From an uncultured bacterium (GTDB lineage Bacteria; Babelota; Babeliae; Babelales; RVW-14): a stretch of 51,992 bases of DNA. The stretch spans positions 1 through 51,992 of the forward strand of contig CAVXAT010000010.1 in NCBI GenBank assembly GCA_963759805.1, in the 5' to 3' direction. A program made the translations under genes and the position numbers. Under the pieces are notes generated by a model, which was given only the letters and a program-made list of their open reading frames with translations, ran no database searches and had not been told where the DNA came from. Shown here in pieces: positions 9,850 through 18,978 of the stretch. Numbering within the stretch: position 1 is the first letter of the stretch; each line of letters begins with the position of its first letter.

Positions 9850-9966
9850 CTTGGGTCCTCTTTCTCTTATTTTTCCCCATACTTTACAAACAATATAAAA
9901 AATATTAGAAAATATTTGAATTAACTTTAATCACGTCTAAAATCTTTTTAATAGATTATAATAATT

Positions 9967-10920
9967 TTGAATCCAGAAAAATTGAGGACAAAGGCGATGC
10001 GATGTATCATTCCTAGATATAACATTTATATATGTTTATTATTTTTTTGCATGTTCCAATATGCAAGTCTATTTGGAATATCTATGGTGTATAATTTTCG
10101 AATAGCAGAAGTTACAAAACAACCAATACTTGAAAAATCAAGCAAGCAAAACCATAACAATCAAAACAACAGGGCCATAGCACTTCTTTTTGACCAGTAT
10201 ATAAAAAAATATGATGGGACTAAACAAAATTATGCAGGAGGGCTTGCTTCATACGGATATGACTTTGTGCCGTATTATTTTCGAATTGACTGCGCGGTAT
10301 CGCATATACATGAAAAGATCAATAATACAACTCCCTTCTCTGGTACGGAAATGGATGATCTTCTGTCCACCGTGGGGCGAAATTTTATTATAAGTAATAA
10401 TGCATCATTATCTTTATCAGGACTGTTTGGAGTACCTACACATAAAGTTTATAGGCTACTGCATACCGATTTTGGATATAGCCAAATTGGCACTGGGCTT
10501 CAGCTTGATGGTTTATATTCATTCAATCACGCCGGCGATTTTGTATATGGCGCGCGATATGTATATTTTGTTCCCAGAAACGCATGGGATAATTTGGAAC
10601 AAAAACATCGGTTTACCATTGGCAATGTAGCAGATTTACTTGTTGCGTATAAAAACAGATGGAATAAGCATGGGCTTGAATTGGGCTACACATCGAGATT
10701 TGATTTTAGCACCCATGTTTACCCAAAACTTGATAATATTGTAGAAAAAATTAATTACACACGAAGTAACTTTTATCTCATATATAAGTATAAATTCTTT
10801 ATTAAAGATATTCCGAATAGATTTTTATTTAATATCTCCTATGGTTTTGACCATAGTTCAAAGACATTTGGCGATAAAGACATAGTTACGCTTTGGGCAT
10901 CTTGGAATATCAATTTTTAA
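9967..10920 (+). CDS. Hypothetical secreted / outer-membrane beta-barrel-like protein
   Basis: Signal-like N-terminus, alternating aromatic beta pattern, C-terminal W-N-I-N-F; true start may be ATG at 9997. Confidence 0.6.
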   Translation: MNPEKLRTKAMRCIIPRYNIYICLLFFCMFQYASLFGISMVYNFRIAEVTKQPILEKSSKQNHNNQNNRAIALLFDQYIKKYDGTKQNYAGGLASYGYDFVPYYFRIDCAVSHIHEKINNTTPFSGTEMDDLLSTVGRNFIISNNASLSLSGLFGVPTHKVYRLLHTDFGYSQIGTGLQLDGLYSFNHAGDFVYGARYVYFVPRNAWDNLEQKHRFTIGNVADLLVAYKNRWNKHGLELGYTSRFDFSTHVYPKLDNIVEKINYTRSNFYLIYKYKFFIKDIPNRFLFNISYGFDHSSKTFGDKDIVTLWASWNINF

Positions 10921-11084
10921 AGGATCTTTACAAGATCTTTTAAAATTAAAAAAATCATAAAAAATCTTTCTAAAAAACATTGTTTTTTTTTGCAATGCGC
11001 AGTATCATGGCTTCCAAATTATGACAGTCATAATATCGTAGAAAAAGTTTTATAGAGGCTAATTTTATAAGCTAAGGAGTTGCG

Positions 11085-12206
11085 ATGAATTCAAAAAAAA
11101 TAAGTGTATCTAAATTAACAATGTTTGGTGGCCTGGTAGCCATCGCTTTAGTTGGCTTAATGGCTAAAGCACAGGCAGAGGTTATAAAATCGGACGCAGA
11201 AGTTGTAAAGGCGGACGATGTAAAACAACAAACTGCTACATCAAAACAAATTGAAGTTCTATTGCTCAATGCGCTTCCAGGTGCAGGAAAATCGGAGGTG
11301 CGTCGCTATTTATCATCATTGGATCCGGCGCAATGTCGTCAAGAATTTGGTATTGTATCAATGGTTCAAATTGACGATTTTCCTTATGTTTATATAATGC
11401 GTCGAGTTAGTGATGAATTGAGAGCTCGCGGGCATGAGGGAGCTTTTTTCTTATCACCGGCTTTGCCATTTCGTGATTCTAGGGATTGGGGCACATTAAC
11501 CCAGCTTATAAATGAAGATTATTCAGATCTTATTCATGGTAATAAGTTCAAGCCTAAGTCTGTTGCTAAGTGGCTATTTAAACGCATCGATGCTGCACGT
11601 CTTAAAGTTGGTGCGGGTTCGGTTTTTAAAAAGATGCCAAAAGAGTTGTGTTACGAGATTGCCCAAGCGGTTGAAGTCGATGCGGTAAAATTACTTAAAG
11701 AGAAAAATGATGAGATAGATAAGGCTCAAGGGTTGCAAACAAAAACGATTGTTATTGAATTTTCTCGTGGTGGGGCGGATTGCTCACCGATGCCGTTGCC
11801 AGCGCCTTACGGATATAAATACTCTTACGAGCAGTTGAGCAGCGAAATTTTGGAAAAGGCTGCTGTTTTATATTTATGTGTTTCTCCAGAAGAATCACGC
11901 CGTAAGAATGAAGCAAGAGCAAATCCTAACGATCCAGGTTCAATTTTGAACCACTGTGTTCCTCGTGCTGTCATGTACACGGAGTATGGCTGTGATGATA
12001 TTGAATGGCTTTTGAGTGCTGCTACAAAACCAGGAACGGTATCTATTGCTGCACATGATAAGGTCTATAATATACCATTTGGGCTATTTGATAACAGAAC
12101 AGACAAGACAACATTTACGCACGCTGATCCTTCCTCCTGGAGCAAACAAGATGTTCAAGCATTGCATAATGCATTGAGCGAAGCATTTAAGAATTTGATT
12201 CATTAA
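11085..12206 (+). CDS. P-loop NTPase/kinase-like hypothetical protein with N-terminal signal/anchor
   Basis: LLLNALPGAGKSE Walker-A-like motif, IVIEFSRG; RBS AAGGAG. Confidence 0.6.
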   Translation: MNSKKISVSKLTMFGGLVAIALVGLMAKAQAEVIKSDAEVVKADDVKQQTATSKQIEVLLLNALPGAGKSEVRRYLSSLDPAQCRQEFGIVSMVQIDDFPYVYIMRRVSDELRARGHEGAFFLSPALPFRDSRDWGTLTQLINEDYSDLIHGNKFKPKSVAKWLFKRIDAARLKVGAGSVFKKMPKELCYEIAQAVEVDAVKLLKEKNDEIDKAQGLQTKTIVIEFSRGGADCSPMPLPAPYGYKYSYEQLSSEILEKAAVLYLCVSPEESRRKNEARANPNDPGSILNHCVPRAVMYTEYGCDDIEWLLSAATKPGTVSIAAHDKVYNIPFGLFDNRTDKTTFTHADPSSWSKQDVQALHNALSEAFKNLIH

Positions 12207-13330
12207 GAGGTTAAAACACCTTTTTTTACCAGCAAATTCTTGATCGATTTACAGATAATTGTTGTTCCTTGTTTGGTGTAGCCACCAGAAAGAACCATTG
12301 CGATTGGAATATTTTTCAAAGCTGCTATTCCAAAAACAAACTCGTCTCGCTCAATGATTCCTTTTTCAGATACAGACATTTTGCCAACGCGATCTTCTTC
12401 ATAAATGTCTGATCCTGCATTGTATATAATTATAGAGGGCTTAAATTTGTCAATTGCGTTTGGTAAAGTGTTTTTTAATATTGCAAGATACTGATCATCA
12501 TTTATAAATGCATAAACAGGATAATTGAAAGTGATAAATTTTGCAGCAGGAAGATCGTGTGGAAAAATATCTTCATTATAAATGTCATAAATAGCCACCC
12601 GTGGGTCATTGCCGCAAATGGACTCATGACCATTTCCCTGATGTGCATCAAGATCAACAATCAGCACCTTGAGATTAGGATTTTTTTCATGAAGTTTGTA
12701 AATTGCAAGCGGTATATCTGCATAAACACAAAAACCTGAACCCCTATTTGCCTTTGCATGGTGGTATCCTCCGGACAAATTTATTGCCCAGCCTTTTTTA
12801 AGAGCAAGCTGTGCAGCTAGGACAGTTCCTGCGACTGCGTATTTCATTGGTGTTAGTAACCATCTTTGAATTAAAAAATTTGGAAGCCATGAAAGCGGTG
12901 GAATTTCTGAAATTTGTGCAACAACGGCAGAATTCTCCAATGACTTGAGATATTCTGGGGTATGAACTTTTAGCAAATCTTCTTCAGAGATAATTTCTGG
13001 GCGATAAAACATCTGATCAACTTTTGATTTGTATGCCTTTTGATTGAGATATACTATTTCAGAGAAACTTTTACAATTTTCTTGTTTGCAAAGTTCATTA
13101 ACCAAAAAATTGTAAACAGTGCCATATTTTTTAGAATCAAATGGATGTAATTTTTCTAATCCACAGAACGAAATGTCATACTGTGGGTGGAAAACTACTG
13201 GGATTTTTGTAATTTCACTAGATTCAGGTGAGGCTACTGAAATGCTCACAAGTTTTGCTGCAAAAAGTGCGACGGGCAACATTAATGTTAAACTTAGTAA
13301 CAGATAATATTTGGTTTTTAAAAAATTCAT
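12203..13330 (-). CDS. Histone deacetylase family protein (class IV/HDAC11-like) with signal peptide
   Basis: HPFDSKKY, AINLSGGYHHA, GFCVYADI, IVDLDAHQGNG, YNAGSD, VLSGGY. Confidence 0.92.
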   Translation of the reverse strand: MNFLKTKYYLLLSLTLMLPVALFAAKLVSISVASPESSEITKIPVVFHPQYDISFCGLEKLHPFDSKKYGTVYNFLVNELCKQENCKSFSEIVYLNQKAYKSKVDQMFYRPEIISEEDLLKVHTPEYLKSLENSAVVAQISEIPPLSWLPNFLIQRWLLTPMKYAVAGTVLAAQLALKKGWAINLSGGYHHAKANRGSGFCVYADIPLAIYKLHEKNPNLKVLIVDLDAHQGNGHESICGNDPRVAIYDIYNEDIFPHDLPAAKFITFNYPVYAFINDDQYLAILKNTLPNAIDKFKPSIIIYNAGSDIYEEDRVGKMSVSEKGIIERDEFVFGIAALKNIPIAMVLSGGYTKQGTTIICKSIKNLLVKKGVLTS

Positions 13331-13466
13331 AAAATAATCTTTCATGTAAAAAATAATAAGCATTTTACAACTATATTCAGCATGCCGGATCTGATTGTCT
13401 TTAACAAGTGGGGGGGGGTGAAATTACGTAATTGATTACAAATAGAATAGACTTGATGAGCAATAA

Positions 13467-13864
13467 TTATTTTTTTGTAAGATTGTAACCAAGTTTACTG
13501 ATTTGATTTGTAACAAAATGAAAAACATATTCTGACTGTTCAATTAGCTTTTCCGTTTTTTCTTGACTTGGTACGGCAAAAGATGTGTCTGGATATCTTC
13601 CTGCAGTTTCATAAGGCGTGAGTACGGTAGCAAGTACCTGAGCGTTTCAAAGTGATTATTAAATTCCATGCACATGTCAACAAGCCTAACAAGATCATGC
13701 GTTTTAATTGCCATGCCTTGTCTGAATACAAAATATGCTTTCAATGCCTTTTCTGCACATTGTTGGGTATGAAAAGACGCTGTAGAAAGTGACGCAGAAT
13801 GGAGGTGCTTTGCGGAGTATAAATCTTCTTGGGCTATCGCAAGCCAGCGGTCATGCCTTTGCAT
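13467..13864 (-). pseudogene. HEPN domain protein, frameshifted near 13637
   Basis: W..IAQEDL, FHTQQCAEKALKA, KTHDLV.L in the first frame; the canonical C-terminus LTPYETAGRYPD...EKLIEQSEYVFHFV continues in the -1 frame to TAA at 13469-13467. Confidence 0.8.
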
Positions 13865-14174
13865 AAATGAGCTTACCATGTTTTTTGATTTGATAACTTA
13901 GTGTTGATCTATCTTTTGAATAATCTTCAAATTCTTTCTTGGTATACACAAGGATGTTTTTGGGAATTTTAATGCCGATGAGGGCATGGTGTCCTTCCGC
14001 CATAAGATCATAACGTTGTTGAATGCTAGCCTTATCAACAATGATCATAATGTCGACGTCAACATCATCTTCACGATGAGGTTCTAATAAATAAATTTCG
14101 CGAGGTTTATAGACTTTAATAAGCCGCTTTTTGATATCAGCTATTATTTTTTGATCTAAGGTTTGAGTTCTCAT
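13851..14174 (-). CDS. Minimal nucleotidyltransferase (MNT)-like antitoxin partner with degenerate motif
   Basis: IKKRLIKVYKPREIYL...DVDVDIMIIV...ILVYTKKEFE...GKLIYA is MNT-like and overlaps the HEPN start; lacks the GS motif. Confidence 0.7.
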   Translation of the reverse strand: MRTQTLDQKIIADIKKRLIKVYKPREIYLLEPHREDDVDVDIMIIVDKASIQQRYDLMAEGHHALIGIKIPKNILVYTKKEFEDYSKDRSTLSYQIKKHGKLIYAKA

Positions 14175-14188
14175 AAACGGTCCTTTTT

Positions 14189-14800
14189 TTATCTAAAATC
14201 TTTAACTTTTAATTTCCATACAACAGGCTCAGCCCCCGGATCATTAAATCTTACAAGTGGCTCAGATCTAGCGATAATCCCCTCCATGGGATAACCAGTA
14301 TCATTATATTTTCCTGTTGGTTTAGATTTTACAAAAGCGATAATCTCACTCTCAGTCATCATACCAAGATCAGCTGGATGATCGAGTTCAAGTTTCTGTG
14401 CGAGCTCCCAGACTTCCTCGCGCGAACACCATTTCCCGTGCATATAAACGTCAAAAAGAATGAATGCAACGTCTGGTCGATAATGTTTGCCAATTTGGAT
14501 GTTGCCTCCAAACCCCTCGCCGAACAGTTCAACTGGGTTGGCCCCAAAGCAAGAAAGCTTTTGCAAAAACTCTTCTCGAGCTAGAAAGGCAAGTACTGCC
14601 GATGGAACATCAGCTTTGTTGGTACGTCCTTTTATTTCAATTGTACCGTTTTGCACATACACTCGTATGTTGGTTCCATCGATCTTTTCCTCGACGCGCC
14701 ATTTTTTAAATGCGCCAAATTCTGCGCAAGCGTAATCATTTTCAATAAGATTGTGTGCATCATCTCTTTTCCAGAGGCTGTTAATTTTGGGCTATTCCAT
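14189..14800 (-). pseudogene. RNA ligase-like (Rnl2/phage-type nucleotidyltransferase) gene with in-frame TAG at codon 3
   Basis: Reads ME*PKINSLWKR...EEKIDGTNIRV (motif I KxDG) in frame with the ORF containing LFGEGFG, FILFDV, EGIIAR and KLK. Confidence 0.8.
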
Positions 14801-14821
14801 AAGATATCTTTTCGTTTTTTA

Positions 14822-15115
14822 TTAAGCGAAATTTATTTGCTGATAAATATCTTTTCTAGGGCCAATAGCTATTATATAAATAACCAAACGCTCATGTTTA
14901 ATTGAATATACCACTCGAAAGCTGCCAACTCTCAACCGATATAATAGATGTCGTGAATTAAGTTTCTTTATATCTAAGTTTTCACTATTAGTTTGTAATT
15001 CTATTATTTTTTCAACGATGCGTTGCTTTGTAGATTTATCAAGGGTATCTAAAAATTTTTCAGCAGTTTTAGAAAAAATTATTGTGTAACTATGAAAGCT
15101 GGGATGAACCATCAT
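14822..15115 (-). CDS. RelE/ParE-family toxin (RelE-like mRNA interferase)
   Basis: YTIIFSKTAEKFL, DIKKL, YRLRVGSFRVVY, IIAIGPRKDIY. Confidence 0.9.
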   Translation of the reverse strand: MMVHPSFHSYTIIFSKTAEKFLDTLDKSTKQRIVEKIIELQTNSENLDIKKLNSRHLLYRLRVGSFRVVYSIKHERLVIYIIAIGPRKDIYQQINFA

Positions 15116-15335
15116 TATTCTCCCTTGTGCAGGGATTTTTCTATTTCTTCAATAGTTTTTCCCTCTTTTCTTCTCCTTTAGCTAATAATTTCTCTGCCTG
15201 CATAATGTCATATAGATCTTCTAATTCTTCAACTATTGATGTAAAGGTTTGTACATCCAAGACAACGCTGGTTTTTTTACCGTTGCTATCAATAATGTAT
15301 TGAGGCTTAATTGTATTTAATACAGATGGGTTCAC
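15115..15335 (-). pseudogene. RelB/Phd-like antitoxin, apparently frameshifted near 15166-15169
   Basis: PQYIIDSNGKKTSVVLD..F..I.EELEDL; current frame stops at 15141, while the -1 frame gives EGKTIEEIEKSLHKGE* ending in a TAATG overlap with the relE start. Confidence 0.7.
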
Positions 15336-16024
15336 GATTATTTCTTTCTTTTTATGCTATTTTTTAGTATACCTTCTTTCTGGTGTAGTACTTACAGATA
15401 TTTTGGCTTATTATACCAAATCCGATATTCAAGCACAAAAATACAAATACGAAACCGTCATTTTCAATCGGATTACATAAAGAGAAATGCAGTTTTGATT
15501 GTTACAGGGATTTTTGCCTAAGGTTTTAATGCACTTTTAACACCGATTACAAGTTTATATAACAAAAAGACATCTAAAATTGTAAAGCCAGCACCACCAA
15601 GAATCGCAAGAACACCAAACCCGTCTTGACATCCCTCTGGACATGTTTGATTTTTTCCCAATAAGTGGTATAAAAAGTCACGCCATTTTCGTGGATGGTT
15701 AAGTACATCCCACCAGAAAGCAACGGGAACCCAAATTGGTGATGTTATTAAGCCCAACACCATGAGTAAAGCCTTTTTTCTTTCTGGGTCCATTTCACAT
15801 GTGCAATGTTTCATTGTCTGCATATTTTCTATGCATTTTTTTTGCGTCTCTATATTTTTCATACACAGGAACAGAATGATTTTGTATTCGTCTGAATAAG
15901 CTTTTGTGCAAATCAAGTAATCTATCGCAGCAAGTGTCCAATTATTTATATTTTCCAGGACAGGATGAATGCGCTTGCATTCATCATTTAAATTTTTAAG
16001 CAGCTTAGCTTTGTCTTCTATTGA

Positions 16025-17190
16025 CAGGACTTCCTCAAAATAACAAACTGCCTGATCTAGTCTGATCTACAAAAAAAATGTACTCTCTCAGAAGGGTTTG
16101 ATCGTACAAATCAAAATCTGAGGAGAGTACAATGCTTTATTCAAGCACAGTTCTAAAATATCCAGTCTTAACATTGTTGTCTAGAGGCAAGAGAAGCTTC
16201 GAAAATATGGGATTACTAATTCAGCGAAGTGGTGACACTGTAAAAAGGTTGCTACATCCAGCAGCGCACAGCTTCAATGTATCAAGAAGCATTTGCCAAT
16301 CTATGTTTGCAAAAAATGAAATTTTATGTGTAGGCATTGATGATACCTTGTTGCGAAAAATTTATTCGAGATTTATGCAGGGTGCTGGAATGTTCTTTGA
16401 TACGAAAATTGGTCGCAGTATCATGGCTTACAAGTTGGTGATTGGCATAATCACAGATGGTAAATTTGCAATCCCAATCGATTGTGCGTACATTTTTGCA
16501 AAAGAAATTCTCGATTCAATCGACGAAAAATTTCCAACAAAAGATGAAATTGCAAAATCATTTGTAAAAACAGCCATAAAACTTTTCCCAGACAAGAAAA
16601 TAATTGTGGTTGTTGATGGACTTTACACATCAGTCGAGTTTGTACGATGGTGCAAGCTCGAAAACATCAAACTGGAGGCTCGAATGCATAGCAATCGCGT
16701 TGTTGAATACGATGGCGAGCGAATTAAAATCAAAGATCTTTTGAAGAAAAATGGATTGCGGCCCTTGGGCCGCCAGATGGCTCGTACAATATCTGTCGCT
16801 TGGCATTCAATTGATCTAGAGCTTACAATCGTGCGTCGTTTTGACAAAAAAGGCAGAGAATCGATTGTCTTTCAAGTGGCAACATATAAAGCTTTGCCTC
16901 GTGAACATGTTGCAAACTATAAAAAACGATGGAAAGTTGAAGAGCTGAACAGAACCACAAAACAAGAAATCGGGTTGCAAGAATGTTTTTCTAGATCGCT
17001 TGAAACACAGCACAATCATGTAGCGTCTGTGCTTTTGGCTTATGCGTTTGCCCAGCTGGAGCGCAAATTTTCTAGACTTGATAACGTAGAACAAGCGCTC
17101 AGACGGTTTGAGACGAAAACTGTGAACTTTTTAATTGATAGATTTTCTAGATTTTCAAAGGGCTTTCAGCACTTTGATGCGTGAGTCCTG
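16025..17190 (+). mobile_element. IS element A (IS701/ISH3-like DDE, IS4 superfamily), 1166 bp
   Basis: Terminal IR CAGGACT / AGTCCTG; 6-bp target duplication TATTGA at 16019-16024 and 17191-17196. Confidence 0.9.
16132..17184 (+). CDS. DDE transposase (IS701-like)
   Basis: GIDDTL, VVVDGLY, YKKRWKVEELNRTTKQEIGL. Confidence 0.9.
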   Translation: MLYSSTVLKYPVLTLLSRGKRSFENMGLLIQRSGDTVKRLLHPAAHSFNVSRSICQSMFAKNEILCVGIDDTLLRKIYSRFMQGAGMFFDTKIGRSIMAYKLVIGIITDGKFAIPIDCAYIFAKEILDSIDEKFPTKDEIAKSFVKTAIKLFPDKKIIVVVDGLYTSVEFVRWCKLENIKLEARMHSNRVVEYDGERIKIKDLLKKNGLRPLGRQMARTISVAWHSIDLELTIVRRFDKKGRESIVFQVATYKALPREHVANYKKRWKVEELNRTTKQEIGLQECFSRSLETQHNHVASVLLAYAFAQLERKFSRLDNVEQALRRFETKTVNFLIDRFSRFSKGFQHFDA

Positions 17191-17244
17191 TATTGATAGA
17201 ATTTCAAAGTCTTGCCAATATTTTTCAATCGCGCTATGACTGAG

Positions 17245-18628
17245 CAGGACTTTGCCCTGATTTCAAATAATTGATCCAATCAATTCTGCAGCAAAATCTT
17301 CATTGTTTTTTTGAAGCAATTTTGCGATTGCATGCGCACTTTGACCAAATGACCAATTTTCGAAAAACAAAAATCATTTGACAAAATCAACAAAAAAAGG
17401 CTCTCTTTTTTTAGGAGAAAATCAGTTAAATTTACCCAAAAAAGGAGAGCCCTATGATCATGTTACAAAGAGTAATAAAACTTTTAAAAAAAGTAAACGT
17501 TCAAATTCGTACTTATGTTGTATGTTTGATTCTTACAAGTGGACGAAAAAATTGTGCCGAGATGGCTCGTACTGTTGGCGTTTCACAAAAAGGGTTGTAT
17601 GCATTTTTATCAAATGCAAAGGATAATTCGGCAGAAATAGAAAAACATCTGATTGAGTTTGCAAAATCAACGAGAGATAAAAAATTTAAGCGCACAGCTG
17701 TGGTTGATCCAACGGCTCTAATAAAAAGATACGCACAGTTAATGGAAATGCTCTGTTACGATAAAGATGGTTGTACAAAACATGTTGAAAAATTATTGGT
17801 TCCAGTTTGTGTATCTATTGTCGATCAAAATGTAAAAATTCCATTAAATGTTGATTTTTGGATACAAAGAAAAGCTCGCGGTAGAAAAAAATATAGATCA
17901 AAAGTAGAAATTGCGCAGGAGTTAATTTTATACTTGATTTCAAAGGGAATTGAGTTTGATTTTGTGTCTTTGGATGGTGCATTCCCAACACCAAATATGT
18001 TTGCATTTTTTCAACGAAATAGACGGTTGAAGTTTACAATGCGAACGCCAAAAAGCAGATGCGTTGTTACAAGCGATGGGAAACGCATGCAGTTGCAGCA
18101 CATTCCATCATTAAAGTTAACGCGCAATTCCAGAGAAAAAACTATAAAAGCCAAACTTTATGGCAAAACATATTTTTTTACTGCATACAAACGAAAAAAG
18201 CGCTTTGGGGGATGGGAGACTGTTTTTTTAGTAAGCAATATGAATTTGCCCGCGAAAGAACAAGTTAAAGCATTTAATTTGCGTTGGCCACAGGAAAAAA
18301 TAAATCGAACGTCAAAGCAAAAATTTGGTATGCACCAATGTCAGGCATTGAAATTGTCAAAACAAAAAGCTCATATCATGGCAGGATACCTTGCTCATGC
18401 AATTATCGAAGTTGCGAATATTGACAAACAGGAAGAAAGTGTCGATAAAATTGTTAATATTTTTAGATCCAACCATTTCGACGATCTGGCCGAGGCCATA
18501 AGAAAACCACCTAAAAATAAATCGATGCCAAACGCTGGATACACCGAAGTTTCTTCTCAAAATCATGTTCAAATTTTTTACAACAATGCTGGAGAATTCA
18601 ATGTTTTAAATGCGTAGGCAAGGTCCTG
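17245..18628 (+). mobile_element. IS element B (IS701/ISH3-like DDE), 1384 bp
   Basis: 12-bp IR CAGGAC(T/C)TTGCC; 5-bp target duplication CTGAG at 17240-17244 and 18629-18633. Confidence 0.9.
17454..18617 (+). CDS. DDE transposase (IS701-like)
   Basis: N-terminal HTH RKNCAEMART, VVDPT, VSLDGAF, FNLRWPQEKINRTSKQKFGM. Confidence 0.88.
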   Translation: MIMLQRVIKLLKKVNVQIRTYVVCLILTSGRKNCAEMARTVGVSQKGLYAFLSNAKDNSAEIEKHLIEFAKSTRDKKFKRTAVVDPTALIKRYAQLMEMLCYDKDGCTKHVEKLLVPVCVSIVDQNVKIPLNVDFWIQRKARGRKKYRSKVEIAQELILYLISKGIEFDFVSLDGAFPTPNMFAFFQRNRRLKFTMRTPKSRCVVTSDGKRMQLQHIPSLKLTRNSREKTIKAKLYGKTYFFTAYKRKKRFGGWETVFLVSNMNLPAKEQVKAFNLRWPQEKINRTSKQKFGMHQCQALKLSKQKAHIMAGYLAHAIIEVANIDKQEESVDKIVNIFRSNHFDDLAEAIRKPPKNKSMPNAGYTEVSSQNHVQIFYNNAGEFNVLNA

Positions 18629-18978
18629 CTGAGGTGTGTTGCAATTAGCAACTCCACTTGTGTGCCGTATTTATTTACCCACCAAGATTCTTGATTGAAT
18701 TTATCTTCGATTATGTGATAACTGCAATTTTGGGTGATTTGGCAACAAATTCCAATGCATGTGCCGTTTGTTGTGTTTTTGGCGTCCTCAGAACTTTTAT
18801 ATCCAGTCAGATCGCTAAATTCAATGAACTGCGCATTTTCGAAACTCAATTCGATTTTGTGCAATTTTGAGATCTTGATTTTCCATTGCAAATACTGGTG
18901 AAATTAAGCCGAGAGCTCAAGATTCCTGATAAAAATAATTTTTTCACTGTTACGATCCATTTATGTCTTTTAACTAAC

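Larger units (their letters stand above)
15518..18947 (-). pseudogene. Membrane/secreted hypothetical gene interrupted by two IS insertions
   Basis: Joining 18891-18634, 17244-17197 and 16024-15518 gives an open 270-aa frame with two C-terminal TM segments; the 5' end (GTG 18947, signal-like) has additional frameshifts. Confidence 0.8.

Noticed and set aside
14792..14794. Genome-wide amber (TAG) reassignment
   Set aside because: dnaJ and serS end at TAG at their expected C-termini, and no other conserved gene shows an internal TAG.
16025..16031. IS termini CAGGACT equal the CAGGACT in the att/tRNA fragment (45283-45289, 50690-50696)
   Set aside because: A 7-bp match with no target duplication, partner IR or transposase at the att sites; treated as coincidence.
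16025..18628. Single composite transposon made of IS-A and IS-B
   Set aside because: Each element has its own target duplication and the 54-bp spacer belongs to the interrupted gene, so these were two independent insertions.
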